Positions 36,087-47,300 of a stretch of 64,000 nt of DNA are shown here, one piece after another. The stretch is from Anaerovoracaceae bacterium (GTDB lineage: Bacteria; Bacillota; Clostridia; Peptostreptococcales; Anaerovoracaceae). The translations under genes were made by a program, and so were the position numbers. Within the stretch, counting starts at the first letter, position 1, and the number at the start of each line of letters is the position of its first letter. The notes below the pieces were generated by a model. The model was not told the origin of the DNA, searched no databases, and saw nothing but the letters and a program-made list of their open reading frames with translations. Where the stretch lies: positions 232,408 to 296,407 of the forward strand of contig JBMNMQ010000007.1 of NCBI GenBank assembly GCA_050953425.1, in the 5' to 3' direction.

Positions 36087-37318
36087 ATGAGCGAATCACA
36101 GTCCCTGTCGACAACTTCAAAGAAGCGCATTCTCTGGCTCGACATCCTCAGAGGGCTGATGCTTTTTTTGTCGTCTATGGTCACTGCACGTGGTCGAAGA
36201 CCGGCATTAATGTTGTTTACGCCTTTCATATGCCCGCCTTTTTTATCATTTCGGGCATGGCGTCTGCCTGCGGACGCCCGCAGGAGCCGGGCGTGTTTCT
36301 GCGCCGCAAGGTCTGCGGCCTGCTGCTGCCGTATTTTTTCCTCAATCTTTATGCGGCGCCGCTGCGCAAGTGGCTGGAATATCTCGGCGAAAACAATGCG
36401 CAGAACACCTGGGATCTGCTGCGCGGGGTCCTGATCTCCAATGCCGACAGCGGCTGGAAGATGGCTTCCAATACGACCTGGTTTCTGCCCTGCCTCTTCC
36501 TCACCTGCGTCATCTTTTATTTCCTCCGGCGGCTTTCGCGCAGTGAAGGCATGCTGATCCTGATGACGGCGGCCGTCACGGCGGCGGCTGCGGTGCTGGG
36601 CGTGACGCATGGCGGCGGGGGCATCTGGCACTGGAAGCCGGCGGTGATGGCGCTGCCGTTTTACCTGGCCGGCTACCTCTTCATCCGCCATCTGCCGCAG
36701 ATCGAGGCGGCGTTCCGCGGCCGCAGAGCCGCACTGGCCGCGGCTGCCGCGGCCGCTCTGCTGCTGGCCGGTTATTTCTGCGGCCAGGCCAATGGCTTTG
36801 TTTCGATGATCCGCAATCAGTACCATAATCTGTTCCTCTACTATGCGTCGGCGCTGGCGACCAGTTTTGCGATCACGCTGCTCGTCATGGCCGCTTCCCG
36901 CAGCGAAGCGTTCCGGCGCGCGATGAAGCCGGCGGAACGAATCGGCCGGCGCACGCTGCCGTACATCGCCGTGCACGTACCGATCATGAAGCTGATCAAG
37001 TATTATTTCGGCATCTACGAAGGCTGCAGCGAGTGGATCATCGTCCTGCTGTCGGTGAGCCTCTATTTCGGCCTGCTGCCGCTCGCGGATCTGCTGCAGA
37101 AAGTGATCCCGACTTCACTGCCGTCGCTGCCCTCGCGGCAGCAGCTGGCGGCGCGTGCGGGCACTGCGACCGACGCCGCGTCACTCCGTCCGCAGGCTGT
37201 TTGCCCAGTCCTCCTCCGCCCGCCCGGCCCGGGCTCGCCTTGCAATTTACACGCGGGCCATTATAATAAAAGAAACGGCGTCAAAGCGGCCGCAGACAGG
37301 GATGCTGCCGGCGGCTGA
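36087..37318 (+). pseudogene. Acyltransferase-3 family (OafA-like) membrane acyltransferase, disrupted by a -1 frameshift in a T7 homopolymer
   Basis: The frame-0 N-terminus KKRILWLDILRGLMLF carries the AT3 signature. It continues in frame +2 as VVYGHCTWS...FHMPAFFIISGMA (ORF 36230..37318). Inserting one T in the tttttttt run at 36166-36172 restores LMLFFVVYGHC. Confidence 0.6.
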
Positions 37319-37335
37319 CGCCGGGGAGACGACCT

Positions 37336-38061
37336 ATGTACAAAACGATTGGCATTATCGGGGGAATGGGGCCGGCCGCGACCGTCGATCTCTTCGATCG
37401 CATCGTTCGTCTGACCGCTGCCGCGGACGACCAGCATCACATTCCGATTCTGATTGACAACAACACCCGCATTCCCGACCGCACCAGAGCAATCATTGCC
37501 GACGAAGACAGTCCGCTGCCGGAAATTCTCCGCAGCGGCAGGCGTCTGCTCGCGGCGGGGGCGGATTTTCTTATTATGCCCTGCAATACCGCGCACTACT
37601 ATTTTGACGAGATCACCGCTGCCCTCGGCGCACCGCTGCTCAACATGCTGCAGCTGACCGCGGAGCGGCTGCGGCGGGATCACGTGCGCCGGGCGGCTGT
37701 TCTGGCCACCGACGGAACCCTGGCGACCGGCATCTACGAACAGGCACTGGAAGCGGCGGGGGTGGAGGCCATGCGCCCGACCGCGGCGGAACAGCGACAG
37801 ATCATGTCGCTGATTTACGATTACGTCAAGAGCGGTATTCTCGATCGCGGGCGGCTGCCGGAAACCGGGACCAGAGCGGTTGCCGCGGCGCTGCGGGAGC
37901 GCGGCGCCGAACGGCTGATCCTCGGCTGCACCGAACTGCCGCCGGCCTTTCACGCCATGGAGATGGAAGTCGGCTGCGTCGATCCGACCCGACTGCTGGC
38001 GGAAGCGGCCATCCGCACGGCCGGCGCCGAAGTCCGCGCGGACGAACCGTGCCCGCGGTGA
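37336..38061 (+). CDS. Aspartate/glutamate racemase family protein
   Basis: 241 aa. N-terminal IGIIGGMGPAAT and a second catalytic-Cys region, LGCTELP. Confidence 0.8.
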   Translation: MYKTIGIIGGMGPAATVDLFDRIVRLTAAADDQHHIPILIDNNTRIPDRTRAIIADEDSPLPEILRSGRRLLAAGADFLIMPCNTAHYYFDEITAALGAPLLNMLQLTAERLRRDHVRRAAVLATDGTLATGIYEQALEAAGVEAMRPTAAEQRQIMSLIYDYVKSGILDRGRLPETGTRAVAAALRERGAERLILGCTELPPAFHAMEMEVGCVDPTRLLAEAAIRTAGAEVRADEPCPR

Positions 38062-38135
38062 TCTCGAGCGGTTTCCGCAGCCCCTTTTCCGCGTTTAGTT
38101 TCCAATCTTCCCGCTCTGCAGCCTGAGGCACCGCC

Positions 38136-39773
38136 TCAGGCTCCTTTGGCCAGGCACAGCGGCGAGAAGATGAAATAGATCAGGCAGACGATCAGGCAGC
38201 CGACGACGGCCCAGATTTTCCCCTGCTTCCACGGCGTCATCTCGACCACATCCGCATCCGGCATTTCCCAGGCCTCGGCGCGCGGCCGCACCTTGATGAG
38301 AATCCAGTAGATCAGGCATTCGATGCAGAACAGTCCGAAGACGACATAGAGGTAGTGGATATGCTGGAAAAAGGGAATGAATTTGCTGGCACCGTAGAGA
38401 ACGATGTGCAGCGGTACAATGATTTTGGGTGCCAGCGAAGTCGCATATCTGCTGAAGAGGCCGAACAGCACCGCGGTCAGAATCGGCATCGAGAAAAAGC
38501 CCCAGCATTCGTTGATGAAGTTCATGATGCCGGTGCTGAAAAATTCTACAAACGGGGAGATGGCGATCGCCGCCAGCCCGACGATGGTACCGAACACTTT
38601 GCCGACGTGAACGACCTTTTCGGCGGAAGCGTTTTTGCCGACGGTATCCTGGTAGATATTCAGCGTAAAGATGGTCGACGCCGAATTCAGCACTGAATTG
38701 AACGAAGAAAGCACGGCACCCATCATCACCGCGGCCATAAAGCCCATCACCGGTTTCGGGATCACGCTCAGCAGCAGCTTCGGGTAGGCCTGGTCGGCAG
38801 CCAGCCCGACGGTGGCATCTACCTGTCCGTGGGCGGACAGCAGCTGATAGGCGATGACACCCGGCAGGACGATGATGAAGATGTCGAGGCATTTGAAGAA
38901 TCCGGCCCAGACGGCGCCCTTCTGGCTTTCGGCGAGGCTGCGCGCACCCAGCGAGCGCTGGATGATCGACTGGTTGGTGGCCCAGTAGAAGAGATTGTTG
39001 ACAAACATGCCGGTGAAGAGAATCGGCCAGGGAATGCGCGGCGGCATGGCATCGGGCGGATCCCAGGCAGTCATCTTTTCCGGCGTGGCGGTGACCAGAT
39101 GGTGCAGCCCGGCCGCGAAACCGCCGCCGTCCAGTTTCCCGAGGGCAAAGATACCGAGAATCGGAACCAGAAAACCGCCGAGGATGAGCCCGACGCCGTT
39201 GATGGTATCCGAGTAAGCGATGGCCTTGAGGCCGCCGAAGACGGCATAGCAGAGCCCGATCACGCCGGTGATCGCGCACATGATGACGATGGCGCCGAAA
39301 TAGCTGATGTGCAGCATGCCGGTGATATTGAACATAGCCTGCAGAGCGACGGCGCCGGAATAGAGAATCACCGGCAGCATCGTGAAGACATAGGCGATCA
39401 GAAACATGACCGAGAAAATCCGCATCGTGGCCTTGTCGTAGCGCATTTCGAAAAACTGCGGCAGGGTGGCGATGCCGCCCTTGAGAAAGCGCGGCAGCAG
39501 GAAGAAGGCGAGGATGATCAGCGCGAAGGCCGAGGTCGCCTCCCAGGCGATCGGGCTCATATCGCCGGCAAAGCTCTGGCCGTTGGTGCCGACCAGCTGC
39601 TCGGCGGAGAGGTTGGTCATCATCAGTGAGCCGGCGATGACAATGCCGGGCAGGTCGCGTCCGGCAAGAAAATAGCCGTCTTTGCTGCCGAGATCTTCAC
39701 TGCGCGTTTTGCGCCAGGAAAGCAGGGCGACAAAGGCGGTAAAACCAACGAGTTCGATGAATAAAAGTATCAT
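38136..39773 (-). CDS. Sodium:solute symporter (SSF / SGLT-type) family transporter
   Basis: 545 aa, about 13 TM segments, SSF-family sequence pattern. Confidence 0.85.
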   Translation of the reverse strand: MILLFIELVGFTAFVALLSWRKTRSEDLGSKDGYFLAGRDLPGIVIAGSLMMTNLSAEQLVGTNGQSFAGDMSPIAWEATSAFALIILAFFLLPRFLKGGIATLPQFFEMRYDKATMRIFSVMFLIAYVFTMLPVILYSGAVALQAMFNITGMLHISYFGAIVIMCAITGVIGLCYAVFGGLKAIAYSDTINGVGLILGGFLVPILGIFALGKLDGGGFAAGLHHLVTATPEKMTAWDPPDAMPPRIPWPILFTGMFVNNLFYWATNQSIIQRSLGARSLAESQKGAVWAGFFKCLDIFIIVLPGVIAYQLLSAHGQVDATVGLAADQAYPKLLLSVIPKPVMGFMAAVMMGAVLSSFNSVLNSASTIFTLNIYQDTVGKNASAEKVVHVGKVFGTIVGLAAIAISPFVEFFSTGIMNFINECWGFFSMPILTAVLFGLFSRYATSLAPKIIVPLHIVLYGASKFIPFFQHIHYLYVVFGLFCIECLIYWILIKVRPRAEAWEMPDADVVEMTPWKQGKIWAVVGCLIVCLIYFIFSPLCLAKGA

Positions 39774-39869
39774 AAAACAACTCCTTGCAGCATTGCATTG
39801 TTACAGGTGATGAATGGTGCGACGGGCGCTTTGCGGTCCATGAGACCGCGGTCGGTGAGACGGATGCCG

Positions 39870-41066
39870 TCAGCGGGATTTCTCCTGTGCGGCAACGTCG
39901 ACCCAGGTGCTTCCCCGCCGGGCAGATTCCAGGCATTTGTCAACCCATTTGACGCCGCGGACGCCGGCCCGGATATCCGGGTACCAGAAATCGTCGTCGG
40001 ACGCGGGTTCGACGCCGGTGACGGCGGCCGCAAAGCGGCGGTAGAGATTGGCCCAGGCGTCGTTCAGACCCTCTGGGTGGCAGGGTGCGAGGCGGTCTTC
40101 GCTGCGCGCCGCCGCATCGAGATAGGGCATGCCGCGATAGAGAATCTGCTCCGGCCGGCCGTCGACTTCATAGCGCAGCTGATCGGGGCAGGCGTCGTTC
40201 CATTCCAGAGAAGCCTTTTCACCGATGAGACGCACCTGGTGGTGGTGCCGGGCGCCGCTGTTGACGGAACTGGCCCAGCAGTAGGCCTGGGCGTCGGCGG
40301 CAACCGACGCGGACGCCGCCAGATCCATGATGACGAAGGCGTTGTCTTCCAGTCTGCGGCCGGGCACGAACGAACGCGTCGTGCACAGCAGACGGCGGAT
40401 TCTAAAATCGGGAATCATGGCCTCGGTCAGATAGAGCGGGTGGGTGCCGACGTCACCGAGTATGAAAGAGGAGCCGGCCTGTTCCGGCCTGCTGCGCCAG
40501 GGAACGGCGCGGTGATCCCGCTCGTCGGCGCGGCTGTCGCCGCCGTGCGCGAAGCTCATGTTGATGAGGCGGATGCGGCCGAGCCGGCCGCTGCGAACCA
40601 TCTGCCGCGCCTGCTGAATCATCGGGTGGCAGGCGTAACCGTAGGCAGCGACTGCGACACACTGCCTGCGCTCGGCCAGCGCCGCCAGCTCCTCGGCCTC
40701 GGCGACGGAGCAGCAGAGCGGTTTTTCGCAGACGACATGGAGTCCGGCTTCGAGAGCGGCTCGACAGGCCTCATAATGGAAGGCGTTGGGGGTCGCAATG
40801 GAAACCGCCTCAATGCCGTCTGCGCGCCTGGCTTCGGCGGCAAGCATATCGGGAACATCGGCATAGCAGCGTGCCGGGTCCAGACCCAGTCTGCGGCCGA
40901 AGTCCCGACATCGCTGCGGGTCGTGACTGAAGACCCCGGCAAGAAGCTGAAAGTTATCGTCACGCCGGGCCGCAGCCCGGTGTACGGCGCCGATCTGGCT
41001 GCCTTCTCCACCGCCGATCATCGCCCAGCGAATACTGTGATCGGCGATTCTGAAACCATCTAGCAT
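39870..41066 (-). CDS. Gfo/Idh/MocA family oxidoreductase
   Basis: I chose the start MLDGFRIADHSIRWAMIGGGEGSQIG, a Rossmann N-terminus with a gggggg RBS. The track ORF over-extends upstream. Confidence 0.8.
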   Translation of the reverse strand: MLDGFRIADHSIRWAMIGGGEGSQIGAVHRAAARRDDNFQLLAGVFSHDPQRCRDFGRRLGLDPARCYADVPDMLAAEARRADGIEAVSIATPNAFHYEACRAALEAGLHVVCEKPLCCSVAEAEELAALAERRQCVAVAAYGYACHPMIQQARQMVRSGRLGRIRLINMSFAHGGDSRADERDHRAVPWRSRPEQAGSSFILGDVGTHPLYLTEAMIPDFRIRRLLCTTRSFVPGRRLEDNAFVIMDLAASASVAADAQAYCWASSVNSGARHHHQVRLIGEKASLEWNDACPDQLRYEVDGRPEQILYRGMPYLDAAARSEDRLAPCHPEGLNDAWANLYRRFAAAVTGVEPASDDDFWYPDIRAGVRGVKWVDKCLESARRGSTWVDVAAQEKSR

Positions 41067-41277
41067 AGCATCCCCCCCTGTTCGGTGCGCCGGCATCGCG
41101 GCGGATTTGTAAAAAAATACCTTAAAACATATTATAGCAGAGAAAGAATTGTTTACAAGTGTTATAATACTGTTACAATGTAAAGTAAAGCTTTGCGGGG
41201 TGCTGCCCGGCGCATTGACCAGAGGGGCGGCAGCCTGCTGCATAAACGGGCGGACCTCATACCCGGGAGGAGGGAAC

Positions 41278-42297
41278 ATGCTGCATATCGGTTTGATCGG
41301 CTGCGGCCGGATGGGAAGGGATCATGTGAAACGCGTGACAGAGCGCACGGCGGATGCGGAAATCGCGGCGGTGGCGGATGTGGATGCCGAGCGGCGGAAA
41401 CAGGCGGCTGCTCTCTGCGGCGCACGCATGTACAGCGATCCGCTGGCACTGATCGATGACGATCGGGTCGAGGCGGTGATGGTGGTTTCGCCCGGCGCAG
41501 CGCATGAAGAGCCCATTCTTCGCGCCGTGCGGCGCGGCAAGCCGGTCTTTTCCGAAAAGCCGCTGGCGACGACGGCGGCAGCCTGCCGCCGCATTGCGGA
41601 AGCGGAAATGGAGGGCGGACGGCATCTCGTGCAGGTCGGTTTCATGCGGCGCTTTGACCGCGGCTGCCGCCAGATGAAGAAAGAGCTGGATTCCGGCGCC
41701 TATGGCGCGCCGCTTCTGCTCCACTGCACCCATCGCAATGCCTATGTCCTCGACGACTACACGACGCCGATGGCGGTCTATGATACCGCCATCCACGAAA
41801 TCGACTGTCTGCACTGGCTGCTCGATGACACCTGGGAATCGGTACAGGTGATTCTGCCGCGCCGCAGCCGACTGGCCAGGGAAGGGCTGCAGGATCCGCA
41901 GCTGATGATTCTGCGTTCCCGCGGCGGCGTAGTCGTGGGGCTCGAGGTATTCGTCACCTGCCGCTTCGGCTATGACATCAACTGCGAGATCGTCTGTGAA
42001 GAAGGCAGCCTCACCATGCCGCAGCCGGCGGCGCCGCTCATCAAGCATGCGGCGAAGATTGAGCGGGAACTGGAGACCGATTTCTTCAATCGCTTCCTCG
42101 ATGCCTACGATGTGGAAATCAATGAGTGGGTGCGGGGCGCGCAGGCCGGCCGCGTCGACGGACCCACGGCCTGGGATGGCTATATGGCGGCGGTGACGGC
42201 AGATGCACTGGTAAAGGCGCAGCGCAGCGGCGTCAGCGAAACCGTAGCCGCAGCCGAGACCCCGGCCTTTTACCGCCCGGCGCAGCAGAGCCGGTAA
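41278..42297 (+). CDS. Gfo/Idh/MocA family oxidoreductase (inositol 2-dehydrogenase-like)
   Basis: I chose the start MLHIGLIGCGRMGRDHV with a gggagg RBS. It has the EKP motif (FSEKPLA). Confidence 0.8.
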   Translation: MLHIGLIGCGRMGRDHVKRVTERTADAEIAAVADVDAERRKQAAALCGARMYSDPLALIDDDRVEAVMVVSPGAAHEEPILRAVRRGKPVFSEKPLATTAAACRRIAEAEMEGGRHLVQVGFMRRFDRGCRQMKKELDSGAYGAPLLLHCTHRNAYVLDDYTTPMAVYDTAIHEIDCLHWLLDDTWESVQVILPRRSRLAREGLQDPQLMILRSRGGVVVGLEVFVTCRFGYDINCEIVCEEGSLTMPQPAAPLIKHAAKIERELETDFFNRFLDAYDVEINEWVRGAQAGRVDGPTAWDGYMAAVTADALVKAQRSGVSETVAAAETPAFYRPAQQSR

Positions 42298-42497
42298 GGG
42301 AGCAGGCTGCAGGCCGCGGCAGCCGCTAAGAGGGCCGGACGCAGCGGCCGTTCGCAGCGTTTTTTCTGCAGCCGATTGTGTCAGACACACGGCTGTGTGG
42401 TATCTGTACAGAAAGCCTGTATCTGTGCCGCGGATTCTGACCGGGCCGGATCCATTCATGCCTGCGGGCACAGCGCCCGCCGAGAAAGGAACACGAC

Positions 42498-44372
42498 ATG
42501 AAAGAAGTCAAATCGCCGAAGAGGCCGCTGGCCTATTACTATATCATTGCTCTGGTGCTGCTCCTGCTGTTCAATTTTCTGGTCGCGCCGAGCATTTCGC
42601 AGAAAAAGGTCACCGAAGTCAACTACAGCACCTTTATGCACATGATCGAGGATCGCGACGTCGGCAAGGTAGAGATCACCGATACCGAGATCACCTTCAC
42701 CAGCAAGGATGAGAGCAGGATCTACAAGACCGGGGTCATGAATGACCCGGAACTGATCGATCGCCTCTATCAGTCCGGCGCCAAATTTACCAGGGAAATT
42801 GAGACTACGATGTCGCCCGGCCTGACTATTTTCCTCTCCTTCATTCTGCCGGTGCTGATTTTCATCATCCTCGGCGAGTATCTGCGGCGCAAGATGATGC
42901 AGTCGGCCGGCGGCAAGGGCGCGATGTCCTTCGGCATGGGGAAGTCGAACGCCCGGGTCTACGTGCAGTCGACCGGCGGGATCCGCTTCAGCGATGTCGC
43001 CGGCGAGGACGAAGCCAAGGAAAGCCTGCAGGAAATCGTCGAATATCTGCACGATCCGTCCAAATACGAGGAGATCGGCGCGGCCATGCCCAAGGGCATT
43101 CTCCTTGTCGGACCGCCTGGAACCGGCAAGACGATGCTGGCCAAAGCCGTGGCCGGCGAGTCCCAGGTGCCGTTCTTTTCGATTTCCGGTTCGGAGTTCG
43201 TCGAGATGTTCGTCGGCATGGGCGCTTCCAAGGTACGCGACCTGTTCAAGCAGGCCAAGGAGAAAGCTCCCTGCATCGTCTTTATCGACGAGATCGACAC
43301 CATCGGCAAGAAGCGCGACGGGCAGATTTCCGCCAACGACGAGCGCGAACAGACGCTGAACCAGCTTCTGACCGAGATGGACGGTTTTGAGAACAACAAC
43401 GGCGTCATCATTCTCGCCGCCACCAATCGTCCCGAATCCCTCGATCCGGCGCTGACGCGGCCGGGACGCTTTGACCGCCGCGTGCCGGTGGAGCTGCCCG
43501 ATCTCAAGGGCAGAGAGGAGATCCTCAAGGTGCACGCGAAGAAGATCCGCCTCGCCGACGACGTTGATTTCAGCGTCATCGCGCGCATGGCCGCCGGCAC
43601 CTCCGGCGCCGAGCTCGCCAACATCGTCAACGAGAGTGCACTGCGGGCGGTGCGCGACGGCCGCCGCGAGGTGACCGAGGCCGATCTCGAGGAGAGCATT
43701 GAGGTGGTCATCGCCGGATATCAGAAAAAGAACGCCATTCTCTCCGACGACGAGAAAAAGGTGGTCGCCTATCACGAAATCGGTCATGCGCTGGTGGCCG
43801 CGCGGCAGACGCATTCGGCGCCGGTGCAGAAAATCACGATCATTCCCCGCACCTCCGGAGCGCTGGGCTACACCATGCAGGTGGAACAGAATGACAAGAG
43901 TCTGCTGACGCGGGAAGAACTGGAAAACAAGATTGCCACGCTGACCGGCGGCAGGGCGGCGGAAGAGGAGGCCTTCGGCGAAATCACGACCGGCGCTTCC
44001 AACGATATTGAACAGGCCACCAAGCTGGCGCGTGCGATGATCACCCGCTACGGCATGAACGAGGAGTTTGACATGGTGGCGATGGAGACGGTTACCAATC
44101 AGTATCTGGGCGGCGATACGTCGCTGGCCTGCTCGGCGGAAACGCAGAACGAAATCGATCGCAAAGTCATCGACCTGGTCAAAGCGCAGCACGCCCGGGC
44201 GCGGAGCATTCTCGCCGCCAACCGCGATCTGATGCGCCGCCTGGCGGACTTCCTCTACAAGAAGGAGACAATAACCGGCGAGGAGTTCATGGAGATCCTG
44301 AACGAGGAGGATCGCAAGGCCGCGGCCGCTCAGTCGCAGACAGAAACGAAAAAAGGAGGCAGCAGAAAATGA
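42498..44372 (+). CDS. ftsH: ATP-dependent zinc metalloprotease FtsH
   Basis: 624 aa. AAA+ Walker A GPPGTGKT, the second region of homology, and the HEIGHA zinc motif. Confidence 0.9.
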   Translation: MKEVKSPKRPLAYYYIIALVLLLLFNFLVAPSISQKKVTEVNYSTFMHMIEDRDVGKVEITDTEITFTSKDESRIYKTGVMNDPELIDRLYQSGAKFTREIETTMSPGLTIFLSFILPVLIFIILGEYLRRKMMQSAGGKGAMSFGMGKSNARVYVQSTGGIRFSDVAGEDEAKESLQEIVEYLHDPSKYEEIGAAMPKGILLVGPPGTGKTMLAKAVAGESQVPFFSISGSEFVEMFVGMGASKVRDLFKQAKEKAPCIVFIDEIDTIGKKRDGQISANDEREQTLNQLLTEMDGFENNNGVIILAATNRPESLDPALTRPGRFDRRVPVELPDLKGREEILKVHAKKIRLADDVDFSVIARMAAGTSGAELANIVNESALRAVRDGRREVTEADLEESIEVVIAGYQKKNAILSDDEKKVVAYHEIGHALVAARQTHSAPVQKITIIPRTSGALGYTMQVEQNDKSLLTREELENKIATLTGGRAAEEEAFGEITTGASNDIEQATKLARAMITRYGMNEEFDMVAMETVTNQYLGGDTSLACSAETQNEIDRKVIDLVKAQHARARSILAANRDLMRRLADFLYKKETITGEEFMEILNEEDRKAAAAQSQTETKKGGSRK

Positions 44373-44905
44373 AACATCGTTCGCAGCTCGCCCGGACGCA
44401 GCTGATCCTCGGCATCCTCATGGTGGTTCTGGGAATTGCCGCGCTGATCCGGCCGCTTTCCCTGCTGACCGGCTTTGTCATCGCCTGCGGCATCATGGCG
44501 ATCATTCTCGGCATTTTCGATATTGTCTTCTATATCCGTGCCGAGCGCTTTTCCGGTGCGGGGCCGCTGACGGCGGTCATCACCGGTGTTCTCAGCATCA
44601 TGGTCGGCGTTATGCTGCTGATTTTCCCCGACGCCGGCAGAATGGTTCTGTGCGTGCTCTTCCCGATCTGGTTCATTGCCCACAGTGCGGCGCAGCTGGC
44701 GCAGGCGGATATCCTGCGCCTGACGAGCGCCCGCGGATACTATCTGCTTTCCGTCATCACCGCCATCATCGGTATTATACTCGGATTTCTGCTGCTTCTG
44801 CAGCCGCTGCTCTCCGGCGTGGCGCTGGGCTGGATGATCGGGCTCTATCTGATCCTTCTCGGCGCTGCCGGCATCGTGCTCTCCTTCAGCCGGCACAATC
44901 TCTGA
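44369..44905 (+). CDS. HdeD / DUF308-family membrane protein
   Basis: 178 aa, six predicted TM helices. Its ATG overlaps the ftsH stop. Confidence 0.65.
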   Translation: MKHRSQLARTQLILGILMVVLGIAALIRPLSLLTGFVIACGIMAIILGIFDIVFYIRAERFSGAGPLTAVITGVLSIMVGVMLLIFPDAGRMVLCVLFPIWFIAHSAAQLAQADILRLTSARGYYLLSVITAIIGIILGFLLLLQPLLSGVALGWMIGLYLILLGAAGIVLSFSRHNL

Positions 44906-45087
44906 ACGGATGACCCTGCAGGCGGGGGCCGCCGGGATCGGCACCGGAACAAGCGCTGCCGCACGACGGACCGGGGGCATGAAACGGCCGTCCGGTGAAA
45001 GGCCGGACGGCAGGGGATGCAGCAGATCGGCCTGCCGTCGCTGCGAGGCGGCAGGCACATCTTTCTGCTGTTTGCATTGCTTTCGGC

Positions 45088-47163
45088 TTATTTCTGGCGG
45101 GCCAGCAGGCGCATCGAATTGAGAATGCAGAGGACGGCTACGCCGACGTCGGCGAAGACGGCCGCCCACATCGTGGCGATGCCGACGGTCGCCAGAATCA
45201 GAATGAGCACTTTGATGACCAGCGCAAAGACGATGTTCTGCCGGGCGATGGCGATGGTGCGGCGGGCGATGCGCATGACCAGCGGAATGCGTTCGAGGTC
45301 GTCATCCATGATCACCACGTCGGCCGCTTCGATGGCGGCATCGGAACCGAGCGAACCCATCGCGATGCCGACATCGGCACGCATCAGCACCGGGGCGTCG
45401 TTGATGCCGTCGCCGATGAAGGCGAGATATCCGCGCCCGCGGCTGTGTTCCTCTTCGCGCAGCAGTTCCTCCACGGCCGCGACTTTGTCGCCGGGCAGCA
45501 GTTCGGCACGGACCTGATCTACGCCGAGGCGGCTGCCGACGGCTTCGGCGGCCTGACGGCGATCGCCGGACAGCATGATGAACCGTTCGACCCCCTCTTT
45601 TTTCATGTCGGCGATGGCTCGCTGCGCCTCCGGCTTGACCTGGTCGGAGATCAGGATGGCACCGAGAAAGCGGCTGTCGGCAGCTACATAGACAATGGTA
45701 GAGGCCGGGTCCTCGGCGGTTTCAAAGTCGATGCCGCGTTCGCGCAGCAGCGCGGCGCTGCCGACGAGAAGGACGGTTTCCGCGGCCGTCGTTTCACTGC
45801 GCGCGGGCGGAGCTGTTTCGCCGGCTGCCGCAGCGAGGCCCGCCTGCAGGGCTGTCTCTCCGGCCGCGGCGGCTTTCCCCGCGGCAGGTGCGGTCTGCAC
45901 GACGGCGAGCAGGCCCCGGCCGCTGAGGCTGGTGACGTCGCGGACGACGGCGGGCAGGGCGTCCGCCCCGTCCGCACAGCCGCCGGATCCGGCTTTCGCG
46001 AGCGCGGCCTGCGGCTGCAGACCGCGGGCCGTGCAGGCTTCGCGGATGGAGGCGGCGATCGGATGCGTCGACATTCCTTCGGCCAGTGCGGCCGTGCGCA
46101 GCACATCTTCTTCCGTTACGCCCGCGGCGGGGAGGATGCGATTGACCGTAAAGACGCCGCGCGTCAGTGTGCCGGTCTTATCCGATACCACATCCCTGAG
46201 GCGGCCCATCAGCTCCAGATAATTGGATCCCTTGACGAGGACGCCGGCGCGGGACGCAGCGCCGATGCCGCCGAAGAACGCCAGCGGTACGGAAATCACC
46301 AGGGCACACGGACAGGAGATGACGAGGAAGGTGCAGGCGCGATAGATCCAGGTCGCCGCATCGTGCGTGAGCAGGCTGGGGATCACGGCCAGCGCGACCG
46401 CGCCGAAAACGACGATCGGCGTGTAGATGCGGGCAAAGCGGGTGATGAACGACTCGAGATGTGATTTTCGTTCCGAAGCTTCTTCGACCAGTTCGAGAAT
46501 CCTGACAACGGTGGAATCTTCGTACTGCTTATCGGCGCGGATCTTCAGCAGTGTCTCTTCGTTGACGCAGCCGGAGATGACCTCGTCGCCCGCGTGCACG
46601 GAACGCGGCACCGACTCGCCGGTGAGGGCGGCGGTGTTGACGCGGCCGTCGCCTTCGAGCACGGTTCCGTCGACGGGGATCTTTTCGCCGGCGCGTACCA
46701 GCAGGATGTCACCGACGGCCACATCATCCGGCTCGATCTCTTCGAGACTGCCGTCCGGCAGCAGCCGCTCGGCGGATTCCGGGACGATTTCCATCAAATC
46801 CTTGATCGAACCGCGTGAGCGGTCGACGGCGTAGGACTGAAACCACTCTCCGATCTGGTAAAAGAGCATGACGGCGCAGGCTTCCGGATTTTCTCCGGTC
46901 GCGAAAGCGCCGACCGTCGCCAGCGTCATCAGAAAGGATTCGTCCAGCATCTGGCCGTGGACGATGCCGAGGAACGCCTTGCGGACGACGTCCCAGCCGA
47001 TCAGGATATAGGGGACCAGGTAGGGGATGGCCATCAGCCAGTGGTTCTCGTGGATGGAAGCGGGCAGCCGGTCGCCGAGCAGATGTTCACCGAGGACGAC
47101 GGCGGCATAGAGAATCAGGGCGATGAGAATGCGCGTTCTCTCTTTTTTCAGTTTTTTGCTCAT
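45088..47163 (-). CDS. Heavy-metal-translocating P1B-type ATPase (CPC motif, no N-terminal metal-binding domain)
   Basis: 691 aa. Motifs CPCALV, DKTGTLT, HPIA and GDGINDAP. About 90 aa of Ala/Gly-rich low-complexity sequence are inserted in the cytoplasmic loop. Confidence 0.85.
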   Translation of the reverse strand: MSKKLKKERTRILIALILYAAVVLGEHLLGDRLPASIHENHWLMAIPYLVPYILIGWDVVRKAFLGIVHGQMLDESFLMTLATVGAFATGENPEACAVMLFYQIGEWFQSYAVDRSRGSIKDLMEIVPESAERLLPDGSLEEIEPDDVAVGDILLVRAGEKIPVDGTVLEGDGRVNTAALTGESVPRSVHAGDEVISGCVNEETLLKIRADKQYEDSTVVRILELVEEASERKSHLESFITRFARIYTPIVVFGAVALAVIPSLLTHDAATWIYRACTFLVISCPCALVISVPLAFFGGIGAASRAGVLVKGSNYLELMGRLRDVVSDKTGTLTRGVFTVNRILPAAGVTEEDVLRTAALAEGMSTHPIAASIREACTARGLQPQAALAKAGSGGCADGADALPAVVRDVTSLSGRGLLAVVQTAPAAGKAAAAGETALQAGLAAAAGETAPPARSETTAAETVLLVGSAALLRERGIDFETAEDPASTIVYVAADSRFLGAILISDQVKPEAQRAIADMKKEGVERFIMLSGDRRQAAEAVGSRLGVDQVRAELLPGDKVAAVEELLREEEHSRGRGYLAFIGDGINDAPVLMRADVGIAMGSLGSDAAIEAADVVIMDDDLERIPLVMRIARRTIAIARQNIVFALVIKVLILILATVGIATMWAAVFADVGVAVLCILNSMRLLARQK

Positions 47164-47300
47164 AATGACACCTCAGTCTTCCCGGCCGCGGCGGGCGGGA
47201 TCCAAGTACACTGTGTTCGCCTGCGCAGGCGGCCGCCGGGTGAGCCGGCAGGGCTGCGGGCCGCTGCTTTGACGGAGCAGGTGCGGCCGTCACGGCGGAG

